63,559 bases of DNA from positions 1 through 63,559 of IMG/VR virus record IMGVR_UViG_3300036979_000143; one strand, 5' to 3'. Under the pieces are notes generated by a model that saw only the letters and a list, made by a program, of their open reading frames with translations, was not told the DNA's origin and did no database searches. The position numbers and the translations under genes are program-made. Position 1 is the first letter of the stretch; every line of letters begins with the position of its first letter. Below, in pieces: positions 56,222 to 63,559 of the stretch. The DNA comes from a virus (Duplodnaviria > Caudoviricetes).

Positions 56222-56719
56222 TTAGCTTTCGTTTTCTTCTTCCGAATCGTCTTCAGATTCATCTTCAGATTCATCTTCCGATTCACCTTCAGTTGAAACT
56301 TGTTTTGACGCTTCTTTAAGTCCTTGCTCAATAGCATCCTCGTCATCAGCTTCTACAGGCTTTGTCTCGTATGTTGCGTCCTCTTCGGACGGCTTGATTC
56401 CGTGAATTTCTAGCTCCACGCAGTAGTTGGAAATGGTTTTCCCGTCCCTTTCTACCTTTTCCTCTCGCTCCATAACTTTTTTGTAATGGATTAAGGCAGT
56501 TCCTTCTTTCTTTAGCTTGCTCATGCCCTCCGGGGCATTGGAAAAATACAGAGAAGGATAGTGAATGTTGTCTTGAGCTTCTTGTTTTTCTGCCGTTTTT
56601 TCTGCGGCTTCAATAAGCGGGTGAGGAATAATTTTTTCCCCAAGGTCAAAGAAACCTTCAGGCAAAGATTGTTTTTGCATGCTCATGTCGTTTTTTGGAA
56701 TTCCTATAGAGATAATCAT
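56222..56719 (-). CDS. Acidic hypothetical protein
   Basis: ESED-repeat tail. Confidence 0.65.
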   Translation of the reverse strand: MIISIGIPKNDMSMQKQSLPEGFFDLGEKIIPHPLIEAAEKTAEKQEAQDNIHYPSLYFSNAPEGMSKLKKEGTALIHYKKVMEREEKVERDGKTISNYCVELEIHGIKPSEEDATYETKPVEADDEDAIEQGLKEASKQVSTEGESEDESEDESEDDSEEENES

Positions 56720-56743
56720 GGTTTTCAGGTTTAGACAATGAAA

Positions 56744-57982
56744 TTATCTCATCCTCCTTGCACATATAGTTCCTTTTCCATTAATTGAGCTTAATCCTCC
56801 GTTTGCAAATCCAACTAGATAAACAGTCGTGGTTGTTGCTAGAGATACACGAACTACTGGCGTAGCGAACGATTGAGTCTGCGAAGCTGTTGACCCAGCA
56901 TGAACCATGAGTTGTGAATATGTGTCCTGCGACCCTAGCGTTGATGCTGTAGTGCTGATTCCCCCTTGCAATGTGAAAGTGGTGCTGTTTGTCGTAGTGT
57001 ATGCTAACATTACACTTCCATGAACATCCCAATCACCAGCAGTTAAAGAGATTGATGTGATATTTGTAACTGTATTTTGAGTAAAAGCAACATTTGTCGT
57101 AATTTGACTGGCTACATATTCCCCAACAAAACCAATGGAAGCGTTGGAAGTTGTTGACGTTCCCCTGTGATCTGTTGACCAAGTTGGTGCGCCATTTGCA
57201 ACAGCAGTAAATATTGCTCCTGTGGTTGCTGTATTTGGCAGCATTGCTGTCGTGCCAGCGGCAGATTGATAAGGAATTGAACCAACTTGACCGCCCTGCA
57301 AATTGGTGGCATTAGAAGCAATTCCAGTTAGATTTGCTGAAATAATGTTGGCCGAGAAATTTCCAGACCCGTCCCGAAGAACAATAGCATTGGCAGCGTT
57401 TGATGAAGTTGGGTTTCCAGCCAGTTTGCTGTTTGCAATACCGGCAGAATTATTAATATCTGCGTTCGTTATTGCTCCGTCAGCAATGACCCCAGCACCA
57501 ATACTATTAAGCGGAAGAACAACATCACCAGTGACCGTCATCCCTGTTGTTGTAAGCATTCCACTGCTATTCCAAGATGGCGCACCAGTCGAAAGAAAAG
57601 AAGGGATTAAAGAACCATTAGGAAATGCAACAGAACCAGTTGCAACTAGGTTGAATACTGAAGGGTTGTTGATTGCTGGCGCAGTAAGTGTTTTATTTGT
57701 TAATGTCTCAACTCCGTTCAAAGTAACAGTAGCCGGGAGGTTGCTGTTAAACGCTCTAATTATATAACACAGCAATCCTTCTCCGGGGTTCCTAGGAAGC
57801 CAACTAATTTGAGCGGTGTTGTTTGGGTCGCAAGGTATATTCCAAATAACCTGACGATTAACAACAGTTTTGGTGACGTTCGTTCCATAAAGAGCGTCAA
57901 CCAAATTGTTAATAAGGCTTGGAACTGATTCACTGCTAACAGAAGGATATGGAATATCTTTTCTACATGTTTCGTTGTTCAT
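56744..57982 (-). CDS. Tail fibre/spike protein A
   Basis: N-terminal domain shared with 59724-60503; ETLTNKTLT, SISLTAGDWDV. Confidence 0.75.
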   Translation of the reverse strand: MNNETCRKDIPYPSVSSESVPSLINNLVDALYGTNVTKTVVNRQVIWNIPCDPNNTAQISWLPRNPGEGLLCYIIRAFNSNLPATVTLNGVETLTNKTLTAPAINNPSVFNLVATGSVAFPNGSLIPSFLSTGAPSWNSSGMLTTTGMTVTGDVVLPLNSIGAGVIADGAITNADINNSAGIANSKLAGNPTSSNAANAIVLRDGSGNFSANIISANLTGIASNATNLQGGQVGSIPYQSAAGTTAMLPNTATTGAIFTAVANGAPTWSTDHRGTSTTSNASIGFVGEYVASQITTNVAFTQNTVTNITSISLTAGDWDVHGSVMLAYTTTNSTTFTLQGGISTTASTLGSQDTYSQLMVHAGSTASQTQSFATPVVRVSLATTTTVYLVGFANGGLSSINGKGTICARRMR

Positions 57983-57990
57983 ATTACTAT

Positions 57991-58104
57991 TTGGAATCCT
58001 TTTAGGGTTGCGATAGCTATTTCGTTTGGAGTTAATGTTAAGAAACTATTACTTGGAATCCTTTTAGGGTTGCGATAGCTATTTCGTTTGGAGTTAATGT
58101 TAAG
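57991..58104. repeat. 52-bp direct repeat (57991-58042 and 58053-58104)
   Basis: ttggaatcc...gttaag occurs twice, separated by 10 bp. Confidence 0.92.
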
Positions 58105-59201
58105 GCACTTGGGCAATTCCGTAGATCTACAGCAGCTCCGGGATTTGCCGTTCCAAGGTTATAAAAAAGTTCAACTAATTGAGATCTACCAATTATAGAA
58201 TTAGGAGAAAAACTTATACTGTTTCGCATCCCTGTTGCTTTTACGGCTCTTATTTGTCTTGCAAATGTCACATTACTAGATTCGCTTAAATCTACAGCAG
58301 GATATATTAGTAGGGATTGACAATTTTGAAGAAAGTTTCCAGAACCAACTCGGCCTTGAATATCGATTGAACGCAAAGAATTGCATGGAGAAAAAGCATT
58401 TATGGTAGTAACACTGTAATCGAAAACTGTTGGAGGAAAATAAACCATAGCATTGCAGTTTTGACACATAGAGGATATATTAGTAGCAAGAGAAAGATCT
58501 AATTCTGGAAAAGCAATCAAAGATCGGCAATTCGAAAACATACTGCTGAAATATTGTAAATTGCTTGTATTAAAAGGAGTTACATATTGCAGTGCCTCAT
58601 TATTGGCTAAGAATTGATTTAGTTCTGATTTAATTGATGCCACATTTTCGTCAAATTCTATATATTTTAACGCATTATTTTGAATATTACCACTAACCCT
58701 GCAAAGAAGTTTTGCCGACTCTAAATTACGATTGTTAAGGATTTCTGAAACAACAAGATATGGGCCACAAGCTATAATATCAAGGAATGAAGTAGCTGAA
58801 ATGCTGCCTATTTGCGTTAAATTGTTTCCTGCTTGAGGAGTCACTTTTATAATTGCTTGCCTGTAACCAAATGGAGTGCCTGTGGAGGATGGTATTTGCC
58901 AGTATGAATAGTTATGTGTAGCGGTATATGACAGCCCTCCCGCCGCACCGAAGTTTTCTACAATCCCGTCTCCCCAATCTACAATAAATGCCCCTTGCAC
59001 GCTGATAGACGCAGTATTATAATTTGTATTAGTTACGGGAAACAAAGCATAAAAAACCTGATCTGAACTAACCACATTAGGAAAATCCAACCAAGATTCT
59101 GGCCTGTCCCAGTTGTATTTGTCAGAAGGTTGTATTTTTTTTATGTATTTATAAACCGCCAAAGAATCAGTATTTCCGCAATTGATTTCTATATTACGCA
59201 T
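58038..59201 (-). CDS. BspA/DUF285-like repeat surface/receptor-binding protein
   Basis: VDWGDG motif, NTSNLQYFSSMFSNCRSL-type repeats; AT-rich; start re-set to MRNIE. Confidence 0.7.
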   Translation of the reverse strand: MRNIEINCGNTDSLAVYKYIKKIQPSDKYNWDRPESWLDFPNVVSSDQVFYALFPVTNTNYNTASISVQGAFIVDWGDGIVENFGAAGGLSYTATHNYSYWQIPSSTGTPFGYRQAIIKVTPQAGNNLTQIGSISATSFLDIIACGPYLVVSEILNNRNLESAKLLCRVSGNIQNNALKYIEFDENVASIKSELNQFLANNEALQYVTPFNTSNLQYFSSMFSNCRSLIAFPELDLSLATNISSMCQNCNAMVYFPPTVFDYSVTTINAFSPCNSLRSIDIQGRVGSGNFLQNCQSLLIYPAVDLSESSNVTFARQIRAVKATGMRNSISFSPNSIIGRSQLVELFYNLGTANPGAAVDLRNCPSALTLTPNEIAIATLKGFQVIVS

Positions 59202-59208
59202 AAATATG

Positions 59209-59724
59209 TTAAGAAATTTCAGTAACATTAAGAAACCCTGCCCCTGTCGTCATCCCTTGAAACGCAAACAAAGCACCAGAGATTGATGCTGTGTCTCCTG
59301 CTTCCAACGCTATAGAATAATTGCTAGCCGAAGCGATTCCTGAACCGAACAGGATGTAATAGGTTGATCCGTCAATACTGTTCGCAAACAATACCGCTTT
59401 TCTATTTTGGTTTGAGGACAAGATTTGCGCGGATGCGTTTACCGAAGAGAAAGTTGTTACAGATGCCGCTGATGCAGAATTCGGCAGTCCATCCTCATAA
59501 TAAATAGTCAGCTTGTCGCTTGCTCCGGGCGCAGTAGCAAGAGTGATAACAGAGTTTGCAGCTTGCGTGTAGGCGGTTGGCGCAGGGCCAGAAATCGAAT
59601 AATGAACAACTCCAGTTGTGGCGTTTGCAACTAGGAGTATTTGACTTAATTGGACGTTCACCCCAGTTAGCGTTACCGCTGCCCCTGCGATGGAAATGTT
59701 GCTAGGTTTGACGAGTTGTTTCAT
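59209..59724 (-). CDS. Tail-associated structural protein
   Basis: Beta-rich; coupled to the fibre gene. Confidence 0.6.
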   Translation of the reverse strand: MKQLVKPSNISIAGAAVTLTGVNVQLSQILLVANATTGVVHYSISGPAPTAYTQAANSVITLATAPGASDKLTIYYEDGLPNSASAASVTTFSSVNASAQILSSNQNRKAVLFANSIDGSTYYILFGSGIASASNYSIALEAGDTASISGALFAFQGMTTGAGFLNVTEIS

Positions 59725-60503
59725 TAGGATAGTGCGATTGCAAATGCGATTGCCTGTTGTGGTGTTGCTGCTCCTAGTGTTGATGCAGTGATTGTTTTCC
59801 AGCTAGGAGCAGACGAGTTGTTGCTTCCTAAAAACTGTCCGCTAGTTCCATTGGGAATGAACCCAGTTGTATTTAGCGCAGTTTGATATGGAATCTGGCT
59901 TGCGGCACCACCAAGAAGATTATTTACAGAAGTTGCTGTAGATGTGTTTGTAATCCAAGACAATCCTCCACTTCCGTTTGGTGAAAGCACCTGACCAACA
60001 GATCCAACAGGCAAAAATGTGGTCACTCCTGATCCAGTCTGATATGGTAGAGATCCAGCAGTCCCTGAAGCTAGGTTGTTTGCTCTGCCTGCAACAATAG
60101 AGGTGAAATTTCCACCAGAAGCTACCGCAGATCCAAAATTGATTGTTCCGCTAAAACTGGTATTGGAAAGTGTTTTATTGGAGATCGTCTGCGGGGTACT
60201 TGAATCAATAAAGTTTGAAAGTGGGAATGATTGAAATACACGCAAGATATAACACAATAACCCCTCGCCTGCATTTCTTGTTACCCCGGAAACCGATGCT
60301 GTATTGTTCGGGTCGCATGGAATAGTCCAAACTATTTTTCCGTTAGAAACATCTTTTTGTATAAGTCCGTAGAGTGAAAAAACAAGATTGTCTATCAGGC
60401 TTGGGACAGACTCATGGGAAATAATTGGATATGGGGTATCGGTGTCGCAAACACCATTATACCCGTCACTTGAGCCGTAATCTGATCCGCATCCACAAGA
60501 CAT
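59724..60503 (-). CDS. Tail fibre protein B
   Basis: N-terminal domain paralogous to fibre A; PYQT repeats; AIAFAIAL C-terminus. Confidence 0.7.
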   Translation of the reverse strand: MSCGCGSDYGSSDGYNGVCDTDTPYPIISHESVPSLIDNLVFSLYGLIQKDVSNGKIVWTIPCDPNNTASVSGVTRNAGEGLLCYILRVFQSFPLSNFIDSSTPQTISNKTLSNTSFSGTINFGSAVASGGNFTSIVAGRANNLASGTAGSLPYQTGSGVTTFLPVGSVGQVLSPNGSGGLSWITNTSTATSVNNLLGGAASQIPYQTALNTTGFIPNGTSGQFLGSNNSSAPSWKTITASTLGAATPQQAIAFAIALS

Positions 60504-60545
60504 AATAGGCAGTTTTGTTTAGAGGTTGATTTTTGTAAAGGGAAA

Positions 60546-60806
60546 TCAGCTTTTTGTGTAGTGCCAGACAGGTCGGACTCCACCACCTTTTGTGTCTATC
60601 CTGAATTTCTTCTTTTTCATTATTTTCAGAGTTGTTGCTCTTGACACAAGTGACTCGGCTTCTCCTAGGGACAAACCAAGTTCTTCCATCATTTGCTTCA
60701 TCGTCAAATACCCTTCAGGAACTACGTCAATTTTGCACCCAACTTCGTTCGCTATATCCTTTAGCCATTGATTTGCGCTTTTTTTTACCAGTTTGGTTGA
60801 TGCCAT
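60546..60806 (-). CDS. Small HTH-like protein
   Basis: VPEGYLTMKQMMEELGLS; basic wing. Confidence 0.55.
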   Translation of the reverse strand: MASTKLVKKSANQWLKDIANEVGCKIDVVPEGYLTMKQMMEELGLSLGEAESLVSRATTLKIMKKKKFRIDTKGGGVRPVWHYTKS

Positions 60807-61543
60807 ATTTCGTCATGGTTGCGTTGCGTAATATACACAACGGATTGGTTGAGTTTTTCGTTGTAGTAGCCCCAAGCCCATGCCTGAGTCCACGCTAGGG
60901 TTGCTCTACGCCCCTTGGCGTAGTCCAAGGCTCCGCGCCGGGACAACGTGCCTATATTGTACCCGACTGCGCTGGTGAGGTTCCTTGCGCTCTGGATGGC
61001 CGTTTTATGGGTATGCACGAAGATGGCTTTTCGCCTAGTTCCGTTGGTACACAGATATTCTGCTGTATCCCTAGCGGCCATCTCATTATAAAGTACTCCG
61101 TGCTGGAAAACGATGTCGGCAAGATCGTAAGTTTGAAACACTCCTGAATACGGAATAGTGCGACATTTGATCTTTTGACACGTTTGGTCAATCTGTTGGC
61201 AGATTTTCTCCGCAGCATAGCCAATCGTAGGGCTTTTGCTGTTTCTCAATTTGAATGCTCTGTCTTCGTGATTCCCCATTACGAAAACGGATGGTCGCAG
61301 TTCCCTTAAATGCACTAGACCAGTATCAACATCAGGTTCAAGGTCGTCCCCGGTTGAACCAGATCCAATCCCGTTCCCCATTAGCCCGGTCATGTCGATT
61401 GCATCTCCTAGATGAGCTAGGAAATTAGGCTTAAATGCCTCCCGGAAGGTCATAAAAGCGTTCCACGCTTCTTTGTCCACGAACCGGGCGTGCGTGCAGC
61501 CCAAAGCAGCGAACCTCTTCCATTTGTTTACGATATTTGCCAT
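60785..61543 (-). CDS. Calcineurin-like metallophosphoesterase
   Basis: CTH, GDAID, GNHE, HG and HTH motifs. Confidence 0.85.
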   Translation of the reverse strand: MANIVNKWKRFAALGCTHARFVDKEAWNAFMTFREAFKPNFLAHLGDAIDMTGLMGNGIGSGSTGDDLEPDVDTGLVHLRELRPSVFVMGNHEDRAFKLRNSKSPTIGYAAEKICQQIDQTCQKIKCRTIPYSGVFQTYDLADIVFQHGVLYNEMAARDTAEYLCTNGTRRKAIFVHTHKTAIQSARNLTSAVGYNIGTLSRRGALDYAKGRRATLAWTQAWAWGYYNEKLNQSVVYITQRNHDEIWHQPNW

Positions 61544-62163
61544 TAGGGTTGTTGTAGGCAGCTTTCAACAGCCGCAGCTTCTGCTTCTCTGCGGCGAACA
61601 AGACCATCCAGACCCTTGTTTTGCCACAATCTTTTCATTTTCCTGATTTGTTCAGCAATTCCTGCGTAGTCTTTATCTGGTATCAAATCTTTGATTTTCC
61701 TCATCTCTTCCCTAGATTCACCTTTTAGGCTAGATCCCCGGTTAAAAACTAGGCTAACGATTGCTCCGTATGCGTCACCGCAAAGATCCTCGAGTTCCGG
61801 GAAAGTAGATTCCGCTAGATTTGCAAATTTCTTCCAAGTGGTGAACATGAATATCTTTTCTGCAAGGTTCCAAGGCATCTCTATTTTTGCCGCAGACAAG
61901 GTTTTTGTGTATTCTTCGCCACCCTTGCCTTTCTTGCCGCTGGCGTTTTCTACAAGCTGCCTCTGCTTTACTGGGAGGTAAGAAAATATCTCTCCCAGTT
62001 CTTCTTTTGGGTAATAGGCAGTGTCAATCCCTATTCCTATGGTCGGGCCTGATGCGCCTCCCGGCCAAGTAAAACGCTTTAAATATTTGTTGTAGTAACT
62101 TTCACCGCCTCCGACTTCATACGCATAGATCAGTTTTAGTGTGTTTTTAGATGGAGGTTTCAT
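61543..62163 (-). CDS. Endolysin (lysozyme/pesticin-like muramidase)
   Basis: YEVGG..WPGGASGPTIGIGID, SLVFNRG, GLVRRREAEA. Confidence 0.85.
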   Translation of the reverse strand: MKPPSKNTLKLIYAYEVGGGESYYNKYLKRFTWPGGASGPTIGIGIDTAYYPKEELGEIFSYLPVKQRQLVENASGKKGKGGEEYTKTLSAAKIEMPWNLAEKIFMFTTWKKFANLAESTFPELEDLCGDAYGAIVSLVFNRGSSLKGESREEMRKIKDLIPDKDYAGIAEQIRKMKRLWQNKGLDGLVRRREAEAAAVESCLQQP

Positions 62164-62461
62164 AGTCGTCCTCCTTTGCATTTTGAGTCAAAACTTGAGT
62201 GATTTTTTCCACGCGAGATGCGACTTCCTGAACCTGATTTGTTCCCATCTTCCACTCGTAGATTAATTTTCCTGTAACCATGAAGATCACTATTGCACCG
62301 ATGACATAAAACGAGTTGGTCGTGATTGTCACAAATCCAGCCAACGCTTCTGAAGGCAACGTATATAGATGGCAAACAGCCCAACGCCAGCTAATCTGAA
62401 TCAGGATAATTCCCAAAACAGAAAGTGACAACCTTTGCCAAGTTGCTGGGAGATTTGTCAT
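62147..62461 (-). CDS. Holin-like two-TM protein
   Basis: Two hydrophobic helices, adjacent to the endolysin; start MTNLP. Confidence 0.6.
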   Translation of the reverse strand: MTNLPATWQRLSLSVLGIILIQISWRWAVCHLYTLPSEALAGFVTITTNSFYVIGAIVIFMVTGKLIYEWKMGTNQVQEVASRVEKITQVLTQNAKEDDYETSI

Positions 62462-62817
62462 TAGAATTTCATCTTGATAGCCAACCAAGTTGCTACAGCA
62501 AGAAGTTGCAATCCGAAAAAAACTCTCCAAGACCACAATTCTTTTAGGCTCTTGCGTTGTTTATCTTTCCAATAAACTGCATCATTCTGCGCTTTGGCTA
62601 AATCTTTTGATTGCTGATTAACTTGAGCCTCGTATGTATCGACTGCTGCAACAAGATCCTTGATAACGGCATTGCCTTCCGAACTGGAAATGTGTGGCTT
62701 TAGCCTTTCGATCCCAGTTTTTACAGCTACAACAGATGGAGCGGTGTACGGGGAAGGCTCTTTTGAAGCACAACCAATAAGAAACAAAGAAGCGCAAACA
62801 AGAATAATATTTTTCAT
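62461..62817 (-). CDS. Unimolecular-spanin-like lipoprotein
   Basis: Lipobox LIG-C, helical middle region, C-terminal TM segment. Confidence 0.65.
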   Translation of the reverse strand: MKNIILVCASLFLIGCASKEPSPYTAPSVVAVKTGIERLKPHISSSEGNAVIKDLVAAVDTYEAQVNQQSKDLAKAQNDAVYWKDKQRKSLKELWSWRVFFGLQLLAVATWLAIKMKF

Positions 62818-63017
62818 TATTGAAATTGTTTTTTAGTCCAAACAATCAGTTTAATTATTGCTGCAATGATTGCTATTGTTCCTGCCAGCAGGGAAACAAT
62901 AAGAGTTAGATTTTGAAGCCAAATGTGTGTGGAACCAAAAAATGATACAATCAAAGAGAACAAAGAAACAATTGCACTCGTTGGGCCAATTTCAGTTATC
63001 GTTGTGTTTTCACTCAT
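62817..63017 (-). CDS. Small holin-like membrane protein
   Basis: Two TM segments and a basic C-terminus in the lysis cassette. Confidence 0.55.
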   Translation of the reverse strand: MSENTTITEIGPTSAIVSLFSLIVSFFGSTHIWLQNLTLIVSLLAGTIAIIAAIIKLIVWTKKQFQ

Positions 63018-63252
63018 TTTCGTTTATGTCAATTCCTTCCTCTTCTACAGGCCAGACAGGAGTTCCATTAAATGGAATAAGAGATTTTAGCCAATTATGC
63101 CAATCTGCCCAATAAGCGTCCGTTAGTTTATCGGAAGATGTTACCAAGATTCCATCTACTGTTTCAACTGGTTCGCACTTTTGAGTTGGGTGAGCAGCGT
63201 TAATAGAATCCAACTCTGCTTTCTGATCTATTGATATTGTCAGCCATTTCAT
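63010..63252 (-). CDS. Hypothetical protein
   Basis: ATGA-coupled to the junction-spanning gene. Confidence 0.6.
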   Translation of the reverse strand: MKWLTISIDQKAELDSINAAHPTQKCEPVETVDGILVTSSDKLTDAYWADWHNWLKSLIPFNGTPVWPVEEEGIDINENE

Positions 63253-63432
63253 ATCAGTGAAGTTCGCAGAGTTTCCATAATTATGTTTAGGCTTTTGAAA
63301 TCATTATTTTGTGCGTCTTGATTCTCCCCAAATCCTTTGCCGAAAATGGCGCAGGCTGTTCTTTGCTGGTCGTAGAAAGTTGCATTTCTCCCAATTAACA
63401 TAGGGCCAGATGCGCCAGTTCCCGGTAAAGCT
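63249..63432 (-). CDS. Junction-spanning protein, 3' part (...IMETLRTSLI*)
   Basis: In frame with 1-761 after circularisation; the stop overlaps the next ATG (ATGA). Confidence 0.8.
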
Positions 63433-63559
63433 AAAGGTTGACTTATTGGGTCGCCACCAACTGAAAAATATCCTAATCCGCCATCGAGATTCGCTTTACT
63501 ACTAAAGATCCCAACACTTCCGTATCCAGTAGGTAGTAGTGTTCCTGCTAAATAAACAT
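63433..63559. repeat. 127-bp terminal direct repeat (copy 2)
   Basis: Identical to 1-127. Confidence 0.95.

Noticed and set aside
56240-56290. 12-bp tandem repeat
   Set aside because: Simply encodes the ESED acidic tail
57991-58104. CRISPR array or DGR template/variable repeat
   Set aside because: Only two identical copies with a 10-bp spacer, no adenine-specific differences, and no reverse transcriptase or cas operon
63433-63559. Biological direct terminal repeat
   Set aside because: The 127-bp length equals a common assembler k-mer and the repeat falls mid-gene; it is best explained as circular overlap
1-63559. Stop-codon reassignment
   Set aside because: Long genes are intact under the standard code, TAA, TAG and TGA all end genes, and no suppressor tRNA was found

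Overview
The window is an apparently complete, circularly assembled genome (63,432 bp unique; bases 1-127 repeat at 63433-63559) of a tailed dsDNA phage with podovirus-like gene content: terminase, portal, scaffold, capsid, adaptor, nozzle and ejection proteins, with no recognisable tape measure or tail tube. Nearly all genes are on the minus strand, with A-rich leaders lacking Shine-Dalgarno sequences; a spanin-like gene implies a diderm host. Replication is initiator/loader type (YdaU-like plus DnaC-like, RecT-like, PD-(D/E)XK nuclease, SSB-like, RusA). I recognised no DNA polymerase, integrase or C5 DNA methyltransferase. Four tRNAs are present. The most notable features are: (1) a gene fusing a zincin-like domain to an Erv1/Alr-type sulfhydryl oxidase domain, in a phage with Cys-rich virion proteins, suggesting a phage-encoded disulfide-formation pathway; (2) an ATP-grasp ligase coupled to that gene; (3) a ParB-TET/JBP-glycosyltransferase cassette between terminase and portal with no partner C5-methyltransferase; (4) a five-gene glycan cluster between scaffold and capsid; (5) an Ocr-like DNA mimic; (6) a 2376-aa polyvalent protein with tandem ADP-ribosyltransferase-like domains; and (7) a structured capsid mRNA leader. 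All protein assignments come from recognising motifs by eye, not from database searches.
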